A stretch of 63,783 bases of DNA, counting the filler. It is 6 parts of 6 records of this genome, joined end to end, with 100 filler letters (N's around TTAATTAATTAA, not from the genome) between each part and the next. Parts side by side here need not be neighbours in the genome. Positions count along the whole stretch, not along the records: positions 1 to 13,989 come from SRR31156797_17844; positions 14,090 to 21,687 come from SRR31156797_17846; 4 more parts are not named here. One strand, given 5' to 3'. How positions within the stretch are numbered: the stretch's first letter is position 1; each line of letters begins with the position of its first letter. The notes beneath the pieces are model-generated. The model had not been told where the DNA came from. It worked only from the letters and a program-made list of their open reading frames with translations, and searched no databases. A program made the translations under genes and the position numbers. Positions 8,660 through 19,715 of this stretch are shown here, one piece after another.

Positions 8660-9560
8660 TTTCCGCGGAGATGTTGTACAGCTCCGTCAGCATGTCGAAA
8701 TCATATCCATAGTACTTGAAGTTGCGGCGGGCTACGTTGAACCAGCTCTGATCCGAGGCGGCCGCTCCCCTGTCGATCTTCATCCCCTGCTTCAGCTGGC
8801 TGCAGCGGGAGGCGAATATGGCGGCCATCCGCGAGGTAGCATCAAGCTTGGGATTGTCCTGGAAGGGCAGGTTGCTGTTCACTCCGGCCCTGATGATCTC
8901 GTCGGGAAGCCCGGGAACCAGCTTGCCCAGCTGTCTGGTAATCTTCTCGGCGTATCCTGGCGTAAAGCTCTGTCCGGGGGTGTTCTGCCCCGACGTGAAC
9001 ATAACCGTCAGAGGCCTGATGAACATGGTGGTTTTCAGAAGGTGATAGATCTCCTCCTGGGGCATGCGCAGCCTCTGGACCTTTGTCAGCTCGAAGTTCA
9101 GGTACTTCTGCCGCTCGTAGCCCATCATCACGTAGCGCTTCAGATAACCGCTGCGCATGGCCGTCAGGGTTCCGGCGAAGCTGCGCCGTCCGGCGGGAAC
9201 CTGGAGCAGCTTCTGCACCACCTCGTAGAGCTGCTTCTTGGCGCTGTCCGGCGGAACGGGAAGCTTCATAAACGAGATATAGGCGTAGTTGGTCCTGTCG
9301 AAGATTTCGGCCTCGATCTGCGGAAGAATCTCCTTGTTTGTGATATCATAGAGAGTGCCGGTCATGATTTTGTAAATATCCGGCCACTGCCAACCGTTAA
9401 AATAAGCAGGAGATGAAAGCGTCGGCTTTAGCTTTTCGGCGTTGATATCAAAGAACTGCAATAGCTGATCTTCTTTCTGCAGCGCCGTGAAGCCTCCCAA
9501 ACTGGGGTTTTGCATGAGCCTGCCGAGGAACTGTAACGCTTTTGCTTTATCGTTATCCAT
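8649..9560 (-). CDS. Hypothetical cytoplasmic protein (start could extend to 9611)
   Basis: Long ORF with typical codon usage that overlaps or abuts the downstream gene; no recognisable motif. Confidence 0.7.
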   Translation of the reverse strand: MDNDKAKALQFLGRLMQNPSLGGFTALQKEDQLLQFFDINAEKLKPTLSSPAYFNGWQWPDIYKIMTGTLYDITNKEILPQIEAEIFDRTNYAYISFMKLPVPPDSAKKQLYEVVQKLLQVPAGRRSFAGTLTAMRSGYLKRYVMMGYERQKYLNFELTKVQRLRMPQEEIYHLLKTTMFIRPLTVMFTSGQNTPGQSFTPGYAEKITRQLGKLVPGLPDEIIRAGVNSNLPFQDNPKLDATSRMAAIFASRCSQLKQGMKIDRGAAASDQSWFNVARRNFKYYGYDFDMLTELYNISAENGW

Positions 9561-9649
9561 AAGTTTGCCAGTCCAAAAGGGTTTTGGTTTATCATCGGCG
9601 GAATGGGGCATTTTCTTGATGCGGCCCGGAAGTAAATAAAACTGTAATA

Positions 9650-12600
9650 ATGAAAAACCATATTTTCAGACTGATTATACTATCCCTGATCCTTCTCTTT
9701 CCCTATGGGGCGTCCGCCCGGGAGACTGATCCCGGCGAAGAGACCGAGGACAGCCCCTATCTGTTTCCCGAAAGATCCGGGGATGAAGAGGATGCGGGGG
9801 AGGCTGAAGAGAAGAAAAGCTATCCCCGGGAGCTCCTGGATGAGGATGAGGAGGCTCCCCGGTATATATTCGACATGGAGCTGGGGGATGTGAATGCGGA
9901 TGTGTTCTGGGAGGGCTACTGGCGTTACCGCTTCACCTACGGCACCGGCTTTGAGAACGGAAAAGACGGATTCAAATTCCCCGAGGCCTATCCCGGCCTG
10001 CGCGACGGGTTCGAGTTCGCCCAGGAACCGGACTTCTTCCTCTCCGTGCTTCTGCTGGACCACTACTTTGTGGAGTTCTCCTTTGCCGAGGGATATGACA
10101 AGAACACCTACGCCATGGGCTACGTGGGGGACGAGACCACGACGGTCAAAGAGATCCGGATCGGCAATTCGAAGATAGGAATCGGCGAGTACGAGGGGAT
10201 CGACGTCTCCAGTCCCGAGTACAACACCCCCGGGGCAATGGCCAGATTCGAGACCGCCCGGAGCCAGCACGAGGTGATGGTCCGCTACGATCCCACCGAG
10301 GAGCAGTCCAAAACCTTTATCGGCGAGTACGAGATAGACGAGGAGATCCTGGAGCTGCCCGACTACCAGCAGGGGCGGGCCTTCATCCTTCCCAATAGAA
10401 ATATCGGAAACCTGGAGATCTATGTCCAGGACCCTTCGGGAGAGCACAGCGGCAGCGACGGAAGGCGGTACACCGCAAGCGACATCCCCTACTCCGCCGA
10501 TCTGGCCGGCGGCTTCGTCACCCTGGTGAACGATCCGGGCGGCCGGGTTCTGATCTACTACACGTCCGGAGGCAGTCCCGTAGGGGATGCCGTGGTCTCC
10601 GAATTCATTATGGACAGCGACGGCCGGGGACGGCCCGATCCGGCGGAGGATCTGCTGCCCTTCTCGTGGACCGAGGAGAATCCCTATTCGGAGAAGCCCT
10701 CCGGAGGGTACTACAGCTTTGCCGAAAGCGCCCGGGTCACAGTAAACGGCCGGAACGCCCTTCTGGTTCACAATCCCGGAGAGTTTAGCAACTTCCAGAT
10801 GTACAACCGCTACGCCTTTAACCAGAGCCTCCCCTCCGAAAGCTGGCGGACCATCATCTCCCTGGTGGATTCGGGCAAGCTGACGGACGAGGACATGGAC
10901 TACAGCTTCGACACGGGCAGCGACGAGTCGGGAAACAGCAACCTCCTGACCGTGGAGATCGAAAACAGCGACAGCCGCTCCCCCTACAACAGGATCCCCT
11001 TTGCCGCCGAGAATCCCGAGGTCTACGGTCCCGGCCACGAGACCGAGGGCGACAAGGTATCCCGGGAGATCCTGTTGGCTACCAAGTCGGAAAGCGACAA
11101 CTACTTCCTGGGTACCAATATCATCAAGGGCTCGGTCAATGTCTATGTCAACGGCGTGGAAGACAAGACCGTGGACGTGGACTACGACACGGGAAAGCTC
11201 TACTTCTCACGCTATATCTTCTCGGACGACAGGATCGTGGTAACCTACCGGACCGAAAGCTCCGGCCTGACGGGGGGCGATCTGTTCATAGCCCAGGGAA
11301 ACCGCCTTTTCCTGAGCGAGGCATCCACCCTGGAGCTGGCCGAATCCCTGCGCTGGACCCTGCCGGAGAACGAGATGACAGAGGAACCGGGAGAGAGCCC
11401 CGGCGAGATGAACATGGCGGCCACCTGGTTTTACGACACAGAGAATCTGGATGCCATGGTCCACGGAGGGATGACCATCAGCACCTCCGACACGGCCGGG
11501 AACCTGAGGATCCAGGGCATGGAGGACAGCGGTTACACCTTCTCGGTCAGCCTGGACAGCGTTTTCCCTGCTGAAAACGACCTCAGCCCTTCCCCGACCA
11601 CGGCCAGCTATGACAGCTCGGACCGGGAGGATCTCTTGTACAAGGATTACGAGAGAACCGACAGTTCGGGCCAGACCTATCTGAACAATTACAGCTGGAG
11701 CGGGGCCGACGTGAAGAGCGGCAAAGAGGGTCCCTCCGTTGCCGCTGCGAGGGAAAATGACGATTTCAACTCCCGTGTCATGGTGATGAGCTACGACCTG
11801 AACGACGGGGAGTGGTCAGGCGGGGACTTCACGCCCATAGAAGACGAAGAGATCGACCTGTCGGGCTATTCGGAGCTGAGCTTCTACCTCCGCCGTCAGA
11901 ACCTGGGAGACGACAATCTTAAGCTGAGCGTCATCATAGGCGATAACGGAGAGTCTGAGGATTACGATGACGACGACGAGACCGAGCTAGGGGACGAGCG
12001 CTTCGTCTACGAAGAGAATATTACCTTGGACCTTCCATCGGCGGAGGATGTCTGGCAGAAGGTCACCCTGGACCTGAACGATTCGGACTGGGACAGGCTG
12101 ACCAGGGTCCGGTCCATCCGTTTTATTCTGAGCTCAAGCGGCGGCAACTCCTACGGCGACCTGCTGGCCGCCGGTTTCGAGGTGGAGGGCTCTCCCCTTC
12201 TGCTGACCGTGACAGACGCGAGCGGAAGGGAAAAGGACGCCGACGGCGTCACTTTGGTGGAGAAGAGCGACAGCTCCCTCAGCGACAGCTTCTCCGAGGT
12301 GGAATCGATCTTCCATCCCGACGGCGAGGATCAGAAGATACTGCATATGGAGTGGTCCGGTTCCGGAATCGAGGCGTCCGATACGATCAGGGGAGAGAGC
12401 TGGTTCAACAGCGTGCCCACGGGAGATTACGGCGAGTTTTCCCTCTATATCCGCAACCGCCAGACCGAAGGAAGCGGAACGATAGAGCTGACCGACAGCG
12501 AGGGCAAGGGCGTGGTCCTCACATACGCGCCCGGCTCCACGACCTGGGAGAAGCTGACGGTGGACCTGCAGAACGGCAGCGCCGATTTCTCCGGGGGCTC

Positions 12601-13989
12601 GGATGTGACGTCCCTCTCCATCGATAAGGATACGGAGAAGTTCACCCGATTCAACGTCAGCCGCACAGGCCTGGCCAGCGGCATCATGGAGCTGGACGAG
12701 ATCCACTTCTCCGAGCCCCTGTTCACCGCCGGCTCCTCCCTGGAGACCAGTTTGGAATACAAGATCCCCGGGGTGATCAGGACCATGGGCAACGGCTTCC
12801 CCGTCCTGGCGGACTTCGACGTCTCAACCAAGCTGAACTACTACACCTGGACCTCGGACAGCTACTTCGACCAGGAGTCCCGCCGGGTGGAAAGCCAGCT
12901 TTCCAGCGGCACGGATCTGATGAACGTGAGGCTGGAAGGGGACTTTGAACTGATATGGACAGACAGCGCCACAAGCTATGCGGGGGGACATCTGATCCGG
13001 ATACCCTCCCAGTCCCGCTGGGGATGGCTGCAGGACGAATACACGCGGTCCTTCGATCCCGGGAAGGATACGATGAGCCGTACGGACACACTCCACCTGA
13101 CCCCTTTCCGCATGCTGACCCTGGAAGCGGACACAAGCGCGACCACTACGGAAGAGACGATCACCCAGGGCTGGGGGGGATGGCTCTCCCTCAATCCCGA
13201 AGAACTGACGGCCATCCGTTACTCCATGGATCTCTACCAGACCTCGGAGTGGAGTTCCGATTCCAGCGACTATGCGGGCGACTGGAGCCGGGACTTCAAA
13301 TACATCAAACGTCTGGAGGATCAGGATGACGTGGAGACCCGGGAGGGCCTCTCCTCCTTCACCCTGTCCCGCCGTCCCGATCCCGTGGGCGTGGATCTGG
13401 AGCTGAAGCTGGAATACGACGCCAGCCAGGAAAGCGACTGGGAGCAGGAGAACAAGTGGGTATCGGATCTGTCTTTTCCCATCCAGATAGCCTCTCTCTC
13501 CAGCCCCTGGACCATCACTCCCGGCTACCGGAGAGATCTGAACCAGACGGTCTATCCCGAGCGCTATGACGAGGGATTCTCCGATGATCTGGATACCCTC
13601 TTCACCACCCTGGAGAGCCAGTTTCCCCTGACCCACTACGCCCCCTTCTACGAGATCTTCGGGCATAAGAACCTGGATGACTTCCTGGATACCATGACAG
13701 AGGCGGAGAAGGCCGAGTACAAGCCCCGGGTTTATCTGAATATAAACAGGCAGACCGGTTCCCATATCAGGGACCTCTTCGTCCCCTCGGGAGTGGACGT
13801 TTCGATCCAGAGGGAATATTACGCCAGTGCAGATTCCAGCTATATCCAGCACGATTGGAACTTCCAACTGGTTCAGACCGCCGTCAACCTCTTCGGAGCC
13901 TGGGGCCGGTATCCCAGCTTCGATTTCTATGCCACCGACGAGATATCCAGTTCCTTCCAGCTCGTCCTGGGGGGATACGATCTGTGGAC
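9650..13989 (+). CDS. Very large secreted/outer-membrane protein, 3'-truncated by the contig end; SprA-like motifs
   Basis: Signal peptide, >1440 aa acidic and beta-rich; IKGSVNVYVNG...VDYDTGKLYF; DLSGYSELSFY...WQKVTLDL. Confidence 0.7.
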
Positions 13990-14089
13990 NNNNNNNNNNN
14001 NNNNNNNNNNNNNNNNNNNNNNNNNNNNNNNNNTTAATTAATTAANNNNNNNNNNNNNNNNNNNNNNNNNNNNNNNNNNNNNNNNNNNN
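13990..14089. other. Artificial contig spacer
   Basis: N44-TTAATTAATTAA-N44 (stops in all six frames). Confidence 0.99.
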
Positions 14090-14241
14090 CCCAGGGTGTC
14101 GCCGACCGCTTTGGTACGCTGGTAGTTGATGCTGAAATAGGCCCAGACAGCTATGGCCACAAGGCAGATAACGGCCATTATCATGATGAGCTTGAACACG
14201 AGGCTGTGCCGAATCTTGTTCAGGAACATGGCAAGGCTCAC
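14090..14241 (-). CDS. N-terminal fragment of a probable membrane sensor kinase (truncated)
   Basis: SLVFKLI plus a TM helix, directly after a response regulator; runs into the gap. Confidence 0.5.
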
Positions 14242-14271
14242 TGGGCTGTTTGTTTAGGGAATCATCATCCT

Positions 14272-14625
14272 CTATCCAATGGTGTTTTTAACGATTCCGA
14301 TCAGTTTCTCCGGATCAAAGGGTTTCGTGAGCCAGGTGATGGCCTTGTCAATGCTCAGGTGCCGGCTCGCAAGCCCGGAGATCACAATGACGGGAATGTT
14401 CTTGTACTCCTCCCGTTTGGAGAGCCGCCTGAAAAACCGCGGTCCCCATTCCTTGGGCATTTCGAGATCCAGGGTGATGAGGTCGGGGTTCTCCTTCTTG
14501 AGCACCTCGAAAGCTTCCGCGCCGTCATTGGCGGAGCAGGTCTCATAACCGTTGTCGTTGAAAATATTTGTCAGATATTTCACAATTACAGGATCATCAT
14601 CCACGACAAGTATCTTTTTTGTCAT
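14272..14625 (-). CDS. Single-domain response regulator associated with tmc (DVU0259-like)
   Basis: KKILVVDDD, DLITLDLEMP, KPFD receiver motifs. Confidence 0.88.
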   Translation of the reverse strand: MTKKILVVDDDPVIVKYLTNIFNDNGYETCSANDGAEAFEVLKKENPDLITLDLEMPKEWGPRFFRRLSKREEYKNIPVIVISGLASRHLSIDKAITWLTKPFDPEKLIGIVKNTIG

Positions 14626-14645
14626 TTTTCCATCCTTTTCAATGG

Positions 14646-15035
14646 TTATTTGGCCTTCTCGTGGCATGCGCCACAGGTGACGGGACCCTGTTTCTTCTCC
14701 AGGTGACAATCCCTGCACCGCTTGTGGTATGCCGACATCAGCTCGAACTGTTTCGGATCGTTCTCTTCGGCATGGCATTCGGAACAGGCCATATCCTCGG
14801 AGCTTTCATCCTCGACAAGTTTTCCGTCTTCATACACGTGGTGGCACAGGGCGCAGTCCTCTTCAAGACCCGCCTTCTCGTTGTGCTCATCATGTTTGAA
14901 GCAGACAGAGGGCCGCTGGTTCTTTGTGAAGATCCCTTCGAAATCGAAGCAGTCGTCGCTGAAAGAGAAGGTCGGCACCAGAAGCCCGGCAGATATCAGG
15001 AACACAAGAATCATTTGTTTTACGGTTGTATTCAA
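14646..15035 (-). CDS. tmcA: Acidic tetraheme cytochrome c3 (TmcA); TTG start inferred from the RBS
   Basis: Signal peptide, four CxxCH motifs (CALCH, CSECH, CRDCH, CGACH), acidic composition, operon context. Confidence 0.88.
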   Translation of the reverse strand: MNTTVKQMILVFLISAGLLVPTFSFSDDCFDFEGIFTKNQRPSVCFKHDEHNEKAGLEEDCALCHHVYEDGKLVEDESSEDMACSECHAEENDPKQFELMSAYHKRCRDCHLEKKQGPVTCGACHEKAK

Positions 15036-15051
15036 AAGAATCCCTCCCTTT

Positions 15052-16386
15052 CTACTCAGGTATTTCCATAATTTCATAGATAATGTCTCCCAGGAACTTC
15101 AGCTCCATATCAACTCCATAGTGGTGGATGACGTCTTCAAGGCCACCGTGGCAGTTGTGGCAGGGAGCGATCACCACCTCGGCGCCTTTTGCCTTGGCGG
15201 CAAAGAGCTGTTCCGCCTTTATCTTGGTGCTTTCCACCCGGGCGTTTTTGAACGGAGGGCCGCAGTTGATCACGCCGCCGCCGGCGCCGCAGCAGTAGTT
15301 GTGCTCCCGGTTGGGGGTCATCTCGATAAAGGTCTTGCAGGTGGCGTTGACCACGGACCGTGCCATCTCATGGAGCCCTCGTCCCCTGACAATGTTGCAT
15401 GGATCGTGGAGGGTGACCGGCCGGTCGAACTTCTTCTTGATCTTGATCTTCTCCTGGGAGAACAGCTCATGGTAGTATTCGATGGCGTGGACAATGGGGA
15501 TGGGCGGCATCTTCCAGCCCAGGGCCCGGTTGCCCATGTCATAGACCGAACGGAAGGCATGGCCGCATTCGCCCATGACGATCCGCTTGGCCTTGAGTTT
15601 GGTGGCCGCCTCGAAATGCATTTTCTTCAGGCGCTCCATCATCTCGTAGTCGCCGGTGAACATGCACATGTCCGAGTTGTCCCATCCGGGGTTGGAGGGC
15701 ATGGTCCAGTTCTCACCGGCCGCGTTCATGATCATGGCGGCCTGGTAGATGAGCTGGGCCCGGAATTTGGGTTCCGGCCCGATCACGGAGTAGAAGGTAT
15801 CGGCACCGTCCACGTCAAGGGGGATTCTCAGGTTGGGCATCTCATCCCTGGCCTCCTCCTCCTGCCACATGAGGGTATCCACCCATTCGTCATCCTTGAC
15901 CCACATCTGGTTGCCCGTGACCGAATGGCTGTGGGCCGTGTCCTGGATATAGAGGGGAACCACGCCTAGCCTGTGGCAGATCCTGCGCATCACGGACATC
16001 ACATAGGCGATGTCGATGCCGAAGGGGCAGTACATGGCGCAGCGCTTGCAAAGGTTGCACTGGGTAAAGGCGACCACGGCGGCCTTCTTGATGAATTCCG
16101 GAGAGACCTTGCCTTTTTTCCGTATGATCTCCCACATGGTCTGTTTGACCTTGCCCGCGGGAGAAAATTTGGGGTCCTTGTTCCGTGACATGTAAAAATG
16201 GCATCCTTCGCTGCAAAGTCCGCAATGGACGCAGGTGTCAACATAAACCTTGAGCCTGGCGCCGGTCTCGCTGGAAAGAACCTCGTTGATTATCCGTTCT
16301 ATTTTCTCAGGGGAGAGTTGTTCCACTCCCTTTAAAATTCCCTGATCTTCGATCTCATTGTTTGTGACCGTTGTTGAATCAGTCAT
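15052..16386 (-). CDS. tmcB: Tmc complex Fe-S/CCG-domain subunit
   Basis: [35 protein letters not shown]. Confidence 0.88.
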   Translation of the reverse strand: MTDSTTVTNNEIEDQGILKGVEQLSPEKIERIINEVLSSETGARLKVYVDTCVHCGLCSEGCHFYMSRNKDPKFSPAGKVKQTMWEIIRKKGKVSPEFIKKAAVVAFTQCNLCKRCAMYCPFGIDIAYVMSVMRRICHRLGVVPLYIQDTAHSHSVTGNQMWVKDDEWVDTLMWQEEEARDEMPNLRIPLDVDGADTFYSVIGPEPKFRAQLIYQAAMIMNAAGENWTMPSNPGWDNSDMCMFTGDYEMMERLKKMHFEAATKLKAKRIVMGECGHAFRSVYDMGNRALGWKMPPIPIVHAIEYYHELFSQEKIKIKKKFDRPVTLHDPCNIVRGRGLHEMARSVVNATCKTFIEMTPNREHNYCCGAGGGVINCGPPFKNARVESTKIKAEQLFAAKAKGAEVVIAPCHNCHGGLEDVIHHYGVDMELKFLGDIIYEIMEIPE

Positions 16387-16435
16387 GGTAAACCTTTATG
16401 TTGAAAAATGTTATTACCGGTCTTTTACCAGTCTT

Positions 16436-17095
16436 TTACCAGTCTTTTGCCATTCTTACGCCGCCGAACTCAGAACCGATATATCCCCGTGTGAAGGGAA
16501 AGAGGAACATGTGAAAGAGCTTTGTAAAAGGGATAATGGCGAGCATGAGCTCTCCTGACAGGATATGGATCAGCGTCATGGTCGGGAATCCCGCCCACTG
16601 GTGATAAACCCAGACACCGGTGGCAAAGGGAGCCGCGACAATGATCAGGATCACAATGTCCACCCAGGTGGTCAGGTACTTGACCTCCGGGAGCATGATC
16701 CTCCTCCCGGCAAAGAAGACACAGGAGAGGACCACGACCATGGAAAGGATGTCGGCAACACGGTCCGACAGGGTGAACCAGTGGATACCGAAGCTCTCCT
16801 CCAGGAGCATCACATGGGCGAACACAAACAGGGGCGCGACAAAAAGCGCAATGTGAAACGCAAAGGTCACCACTGTCATGAAGGGGTGAATCCGCATGTT
16901 TCTCGCGCCAAAGGGGGTCAGCCAGTGGGCGATGGATCGTATGGCAAAGTTAAGGTCCATGTACTGGAATACGGCGCCGTCCTTTTCCCGGGCCAGCCGG
17001 TAAAGGCCGATGAACCGGTAGAGGCTGCCTCCAAAGAAAACAGCAAAGGAGAGCCATGCCAGGGGGCCTGTGATTATAGCGTAAATGTCATGCAT
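16436..17095 (-). CDS. tmcC: Tmc complex membrane cytochrome b subunit (NarI-like)
   Basis: About five TM helices with His ligands; PFTKLFHM; GSEFG. Confidence 0.85.
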   Translation of the reverse strand: MHDIYAIITGPLAWLSFAVFFGGSLYRFIGLYRLAREKDGAVFQYMDLNFAIRSIAHWLTPFGARNMRIHPFMTVVTFAFHIALFVAPLFVFAHVMLLEESFGIHWFTLSDRVADILSMVVVLSCVFFAGRRIMLPEVKYLTTWVDIVILIIVAAPFATGVWVYHQWAGFPTMTLIHILSGELMLAIIPFTKLFHMFLFPFTRGYIGSEFGGVRMAKDW

Positions 17096-17115
17096 TGAAA
17101 GTTCTCCTCAAAAAA

Positions 17116-18384
17116 TTAACCAAGATCAACGATTTCCCGGTAATAGACATCCTTTTCCACGCCCCGGATGAGAAGCCGGGAGCCGTCCGGGCTGAAAACG
17201 GGCGTTTCAAGCCCGGAAAAGCTACGGTCCAGGGGCTTTCCGTCAACCACGACCGTGTAAGCGCCGTTGGTCTCCACCTTGGCTGCCACATGGCTGCCGT
17301 CCCGGCTGAACACCGGCTGCCAGGCCATATCGAACCGGCCCTGCCAGGGGGTGCCGTCCACGGCCACGCCCCATTTGCCGTCGTGCTTGAAAACGCATCC
17401 GGCCCGCTCCCCGTCCGGGGAAAGGACAAGATCGGTCAGGAACTCGTTAAAGGTCGCCTGCCAGGCAATGCCGTCCAGTGCCACGGTCCAGAGACCGAAC
17501 TCCGGTGCGACAATGGCCGCGATCCGGTGGCCGTCCCGGGAGTAGGTCGGGTGCCAGAGCTGGGTGAAGGTAGTGTCCCAGACCTTGCCGCCTTCGGAGG
17601 CAAGGTGCCAGCGTCCGTTTTCCTTTACCGGTGCGATGATGGAGTCATCCGTTGGCGAAAACAGGGGGGCCCACACCGAGCTGTAGTTCCGGTCCCAGGT
17701 TTTTCCGTCCACGGCAATGGTGTAATCCTGGTAGTTGGTCCGCACCGATGCGGCCACACGGGAACCGTCCCTTGAGAAACAGGGCTCCCACACGTTCATG
17801 AAGTTCTGCTTCCAGAGGGCGCCGTCAACGGCCACCGTGTAGCACCCCTTCCTGAACTTGAATATCTCGGCTTCAAGGACCTGCTCGGGCTCGACAACGG
17901 CGGCGGAATGGCTGCCGTCCGGGCTCAGGGCCATGCCGGTGAGCCTTGGGTAAAAGGTTTCCCAGGCTTTGTCGTCCGTCACGGCAGCATATTCCAGCTC
18001 CTTTTGAACCGAAACGGCAATATGATCCCCGGCAGGGGTCAGGGTCATGCCCCATACAAAATCAAAGGTGTTTTCCCAGGGGGTATCATCCGTTGACACG
18101 GTCCATTCCGCCATGTCGGAGATCAGGGCGGAGAGTCGGCCGTCGGGGCCGTATCTGAGGTTCCACACCTTGTCATAGGCGTTTTCCCATGTCCGGATCT
18201 CCTGGCCCGAAGCCTGGGTGGCCACGGTGAATTCCTCGTCCTCGTTCCTGACAACAGCGGCAACGGTTTCTCCGTCCGGGCTTGCAAAGGGCTCCTCCGT
18301 GTAGGAGTAGCTCTCCTGCCACAGGGACAGGTCCGCAACAGGCTTTCTGCCGGGTTCCCAGTCCCATTTATCTGAGTCTATCAT
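17116..18384 (-). CDS. tmcD: Tmc complex Trp-rich beta-propeller subunit
   Basis: Repeated SPDG/SRDG...VAVDG..W units; operon context. Confidence 0.85.
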   Translation of the reverse strand: MIDSDKWDWEPGRKPVADLSLWQESYSYTEEPFASPDGETVAAVVRNEDEEFTVATQASGQEIRTWENAYDKVWNLRYGPDGRLSALISDMAEWTVSTDDTPWENTFDFVWGMTLTPAGDHIAVSVQKELEYAAVTDDKAWETFYPRLTGMALSPDGSHSAAVVEPEQVLEAEIFKFRKGCYTVAVDGALWKQNFMNVWEPCFSRDGSRVAASVRTNYQDYTIAVDGKTWDRNYSSVWAPLFSPTDDSIIAPVKENGRWHLASEGGKVWDTTFTQLWHPTYSRDGHRIAAIVAPEFGLWTVALDGIAWQATFNEFLTDLVLSPDGERAGCVFKHDGKWGVAVDGTPWQGRFDMAWQPVFSRDGSHVAAKVETNGAYTVVVDGKPLDRSFSGLETPVFSPDGSRLLIRGVEKDVYYREIVDLG

Positions 18385-18760
18385 TATACAGTGCTCCTTG
18401 GTGTGTACAGTGCTCCGTGATGCATATGAGTATGTACGCGTTGAAAAAAGCGTTAGGGTTGTTAATTAAGGAAAAAGTGACAATCGGTGTTGACAAACTG
18501 TTCGTTATCTTCATATGCCGCAGTTTCCTCACACAAGTCAGGTTAATACGTGCCTTCCACTTATCATATGAAAATTTTATTGCAAGGGGATTCTACCAAC
18601 TTTTTCAAGGGCTGTCAGCTAAATTTGACGATGGCGTTTACCTATTTATATTGAAAAGCGAAATATTTATGGAGTGGAAAAACAGGCGCGATTGTGGTAA
18701 TTACGGGGTACATTTCAATGAACGTAGACTATTTCTTATATAAAAATATGGAGGTCGTTG

Positions 18761-19648
18761 ATGGATAAGCCGGTTCGAGAAACAGAATTTTCAGATCTTA
18801 CTCTTGTTAGAAAAGGAAAGGTCCGGGACATATATGATACGGGAGATGCGTTCCTGATGGTGACAACGGACAGGCTTTCCGCCTTTGACGTTGTCCTTCC
18901 CGACGGAATTCCCGGAAAAGGCAAGGTGCTCACCCAGATATCCGCTTTCTGGTTCAAGCAGATGGAGTCCTTGATCGGGAACCACCTGATCTCAACCGAT
19001 GTCGCGGATTTCCCCGAGTCCTGCCAGAAGTACGCGGACATCCTCGAAGGCCGGTCCATGCTGGTCAAAAAGGCCGAGCCCCTGCAGGTTGAGTGCATTG
19101 TCCGGGGATACATCTCAGGATCCGGATGGAAATCCTACCAGGAGGACGGCACCCTCTGCGGCATCCGGCTGCCCGAAGGACTCACAGAGTCGGACCGCCT
19201 GCCGGAACCTATTTTTACCCCCTCAACCAAGGCCGAGGTGGGGGACCACGACATCAACATCGATTTTGAGGAAGCCACGAAGATCCTCGGCCGGGAACGG
19301 GCCGAACGCCTGAGGGACCTGAGCATCCAGATCTACCTCAAGGGCGCGGAAAAAGCCCTGGAAAAGGGAATCATCATTGCCGACACCAAGTTTGAGTTCG
19401 GCATCGTGGATGATGAAATTATCCTCATCGACGAGGTGCTCACCCCGGATTCATCCCGGTTCTGGCCCAAGGACACCTACACCCCCGGCGGCGCCCAGAA
19501 AAGCTATGACAAGCAGTTTGTCAGGGACTGGCTGATCTCTTCCGGCTGGGACAAGAAAGCCCCGGGACCGAAGCTTCCCGAAGATGTGATCCAGGGAACC
19601 GCCGCCAAGTACCAGGAGGTGCTTGAGCTGATCACGGGTCAGGGTTGA
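18761..19648 (+). CDS. purC: SAICAR synthase
   Basis: [37 protein letters not shown]. Confidence 0.97.
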   Translation: MDKPVRETEFSDLTLVRKGKVRDIYDTGDAFLMVTTDRLSAFDVVLPDGIPGKGKVLTQISAFWFKQMESLIGNHLISTDVADFPESCQKYADILEGRSMLVKKAEPLQVECIVRGYISGSGWKSYQEDGTLCGIRLPEGLTESDRLPEPIFTPSTKAEVGDHDINIDFEEATKILGRERAERLRDLSIQIYLKGAEKALEKGIIIADTKFEFGIVDDEIILIDEVLTPDSSRFWPKDTYTPGGAQKSYDKQFVRDWLISSGWDKKAPGPKLPEDVIQGTAAKYQEVLELITGQG

Positions 19649-19715
19649 TTGATGCACAAGACAATCCATTGCGCCGTGAACAACCGCGGGCTGAATCCGG
19701 GTCCTGGTTTCTGAT

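Noticed and set aside
238-13867. Long antisense or alternate-frame ORFs (e.g. 238-1257, 1321-2346, 7463-8536, 9680-11038, 12824-13867, and similar ones later in the window)
   Set aside because: They are shadows of real genes in GC-rich, codon-biased DNA; they have no motifs and fully overlap better-supported CDSs
13827-14241. ORFs ending in X-runs plus 'LIN' or 'N' at the gaps
   Set aside because: The termini come from the artificial TTAATTAATTAA spacer; the genes are truncated, not fused across contigs
18420-18757. Rex or sigma54 sites upstream of tmcD
   Set aside because: No convincing TTGTGAA-N4-TTCACAA or TGGCAC-N5-TTGC match was found by eye
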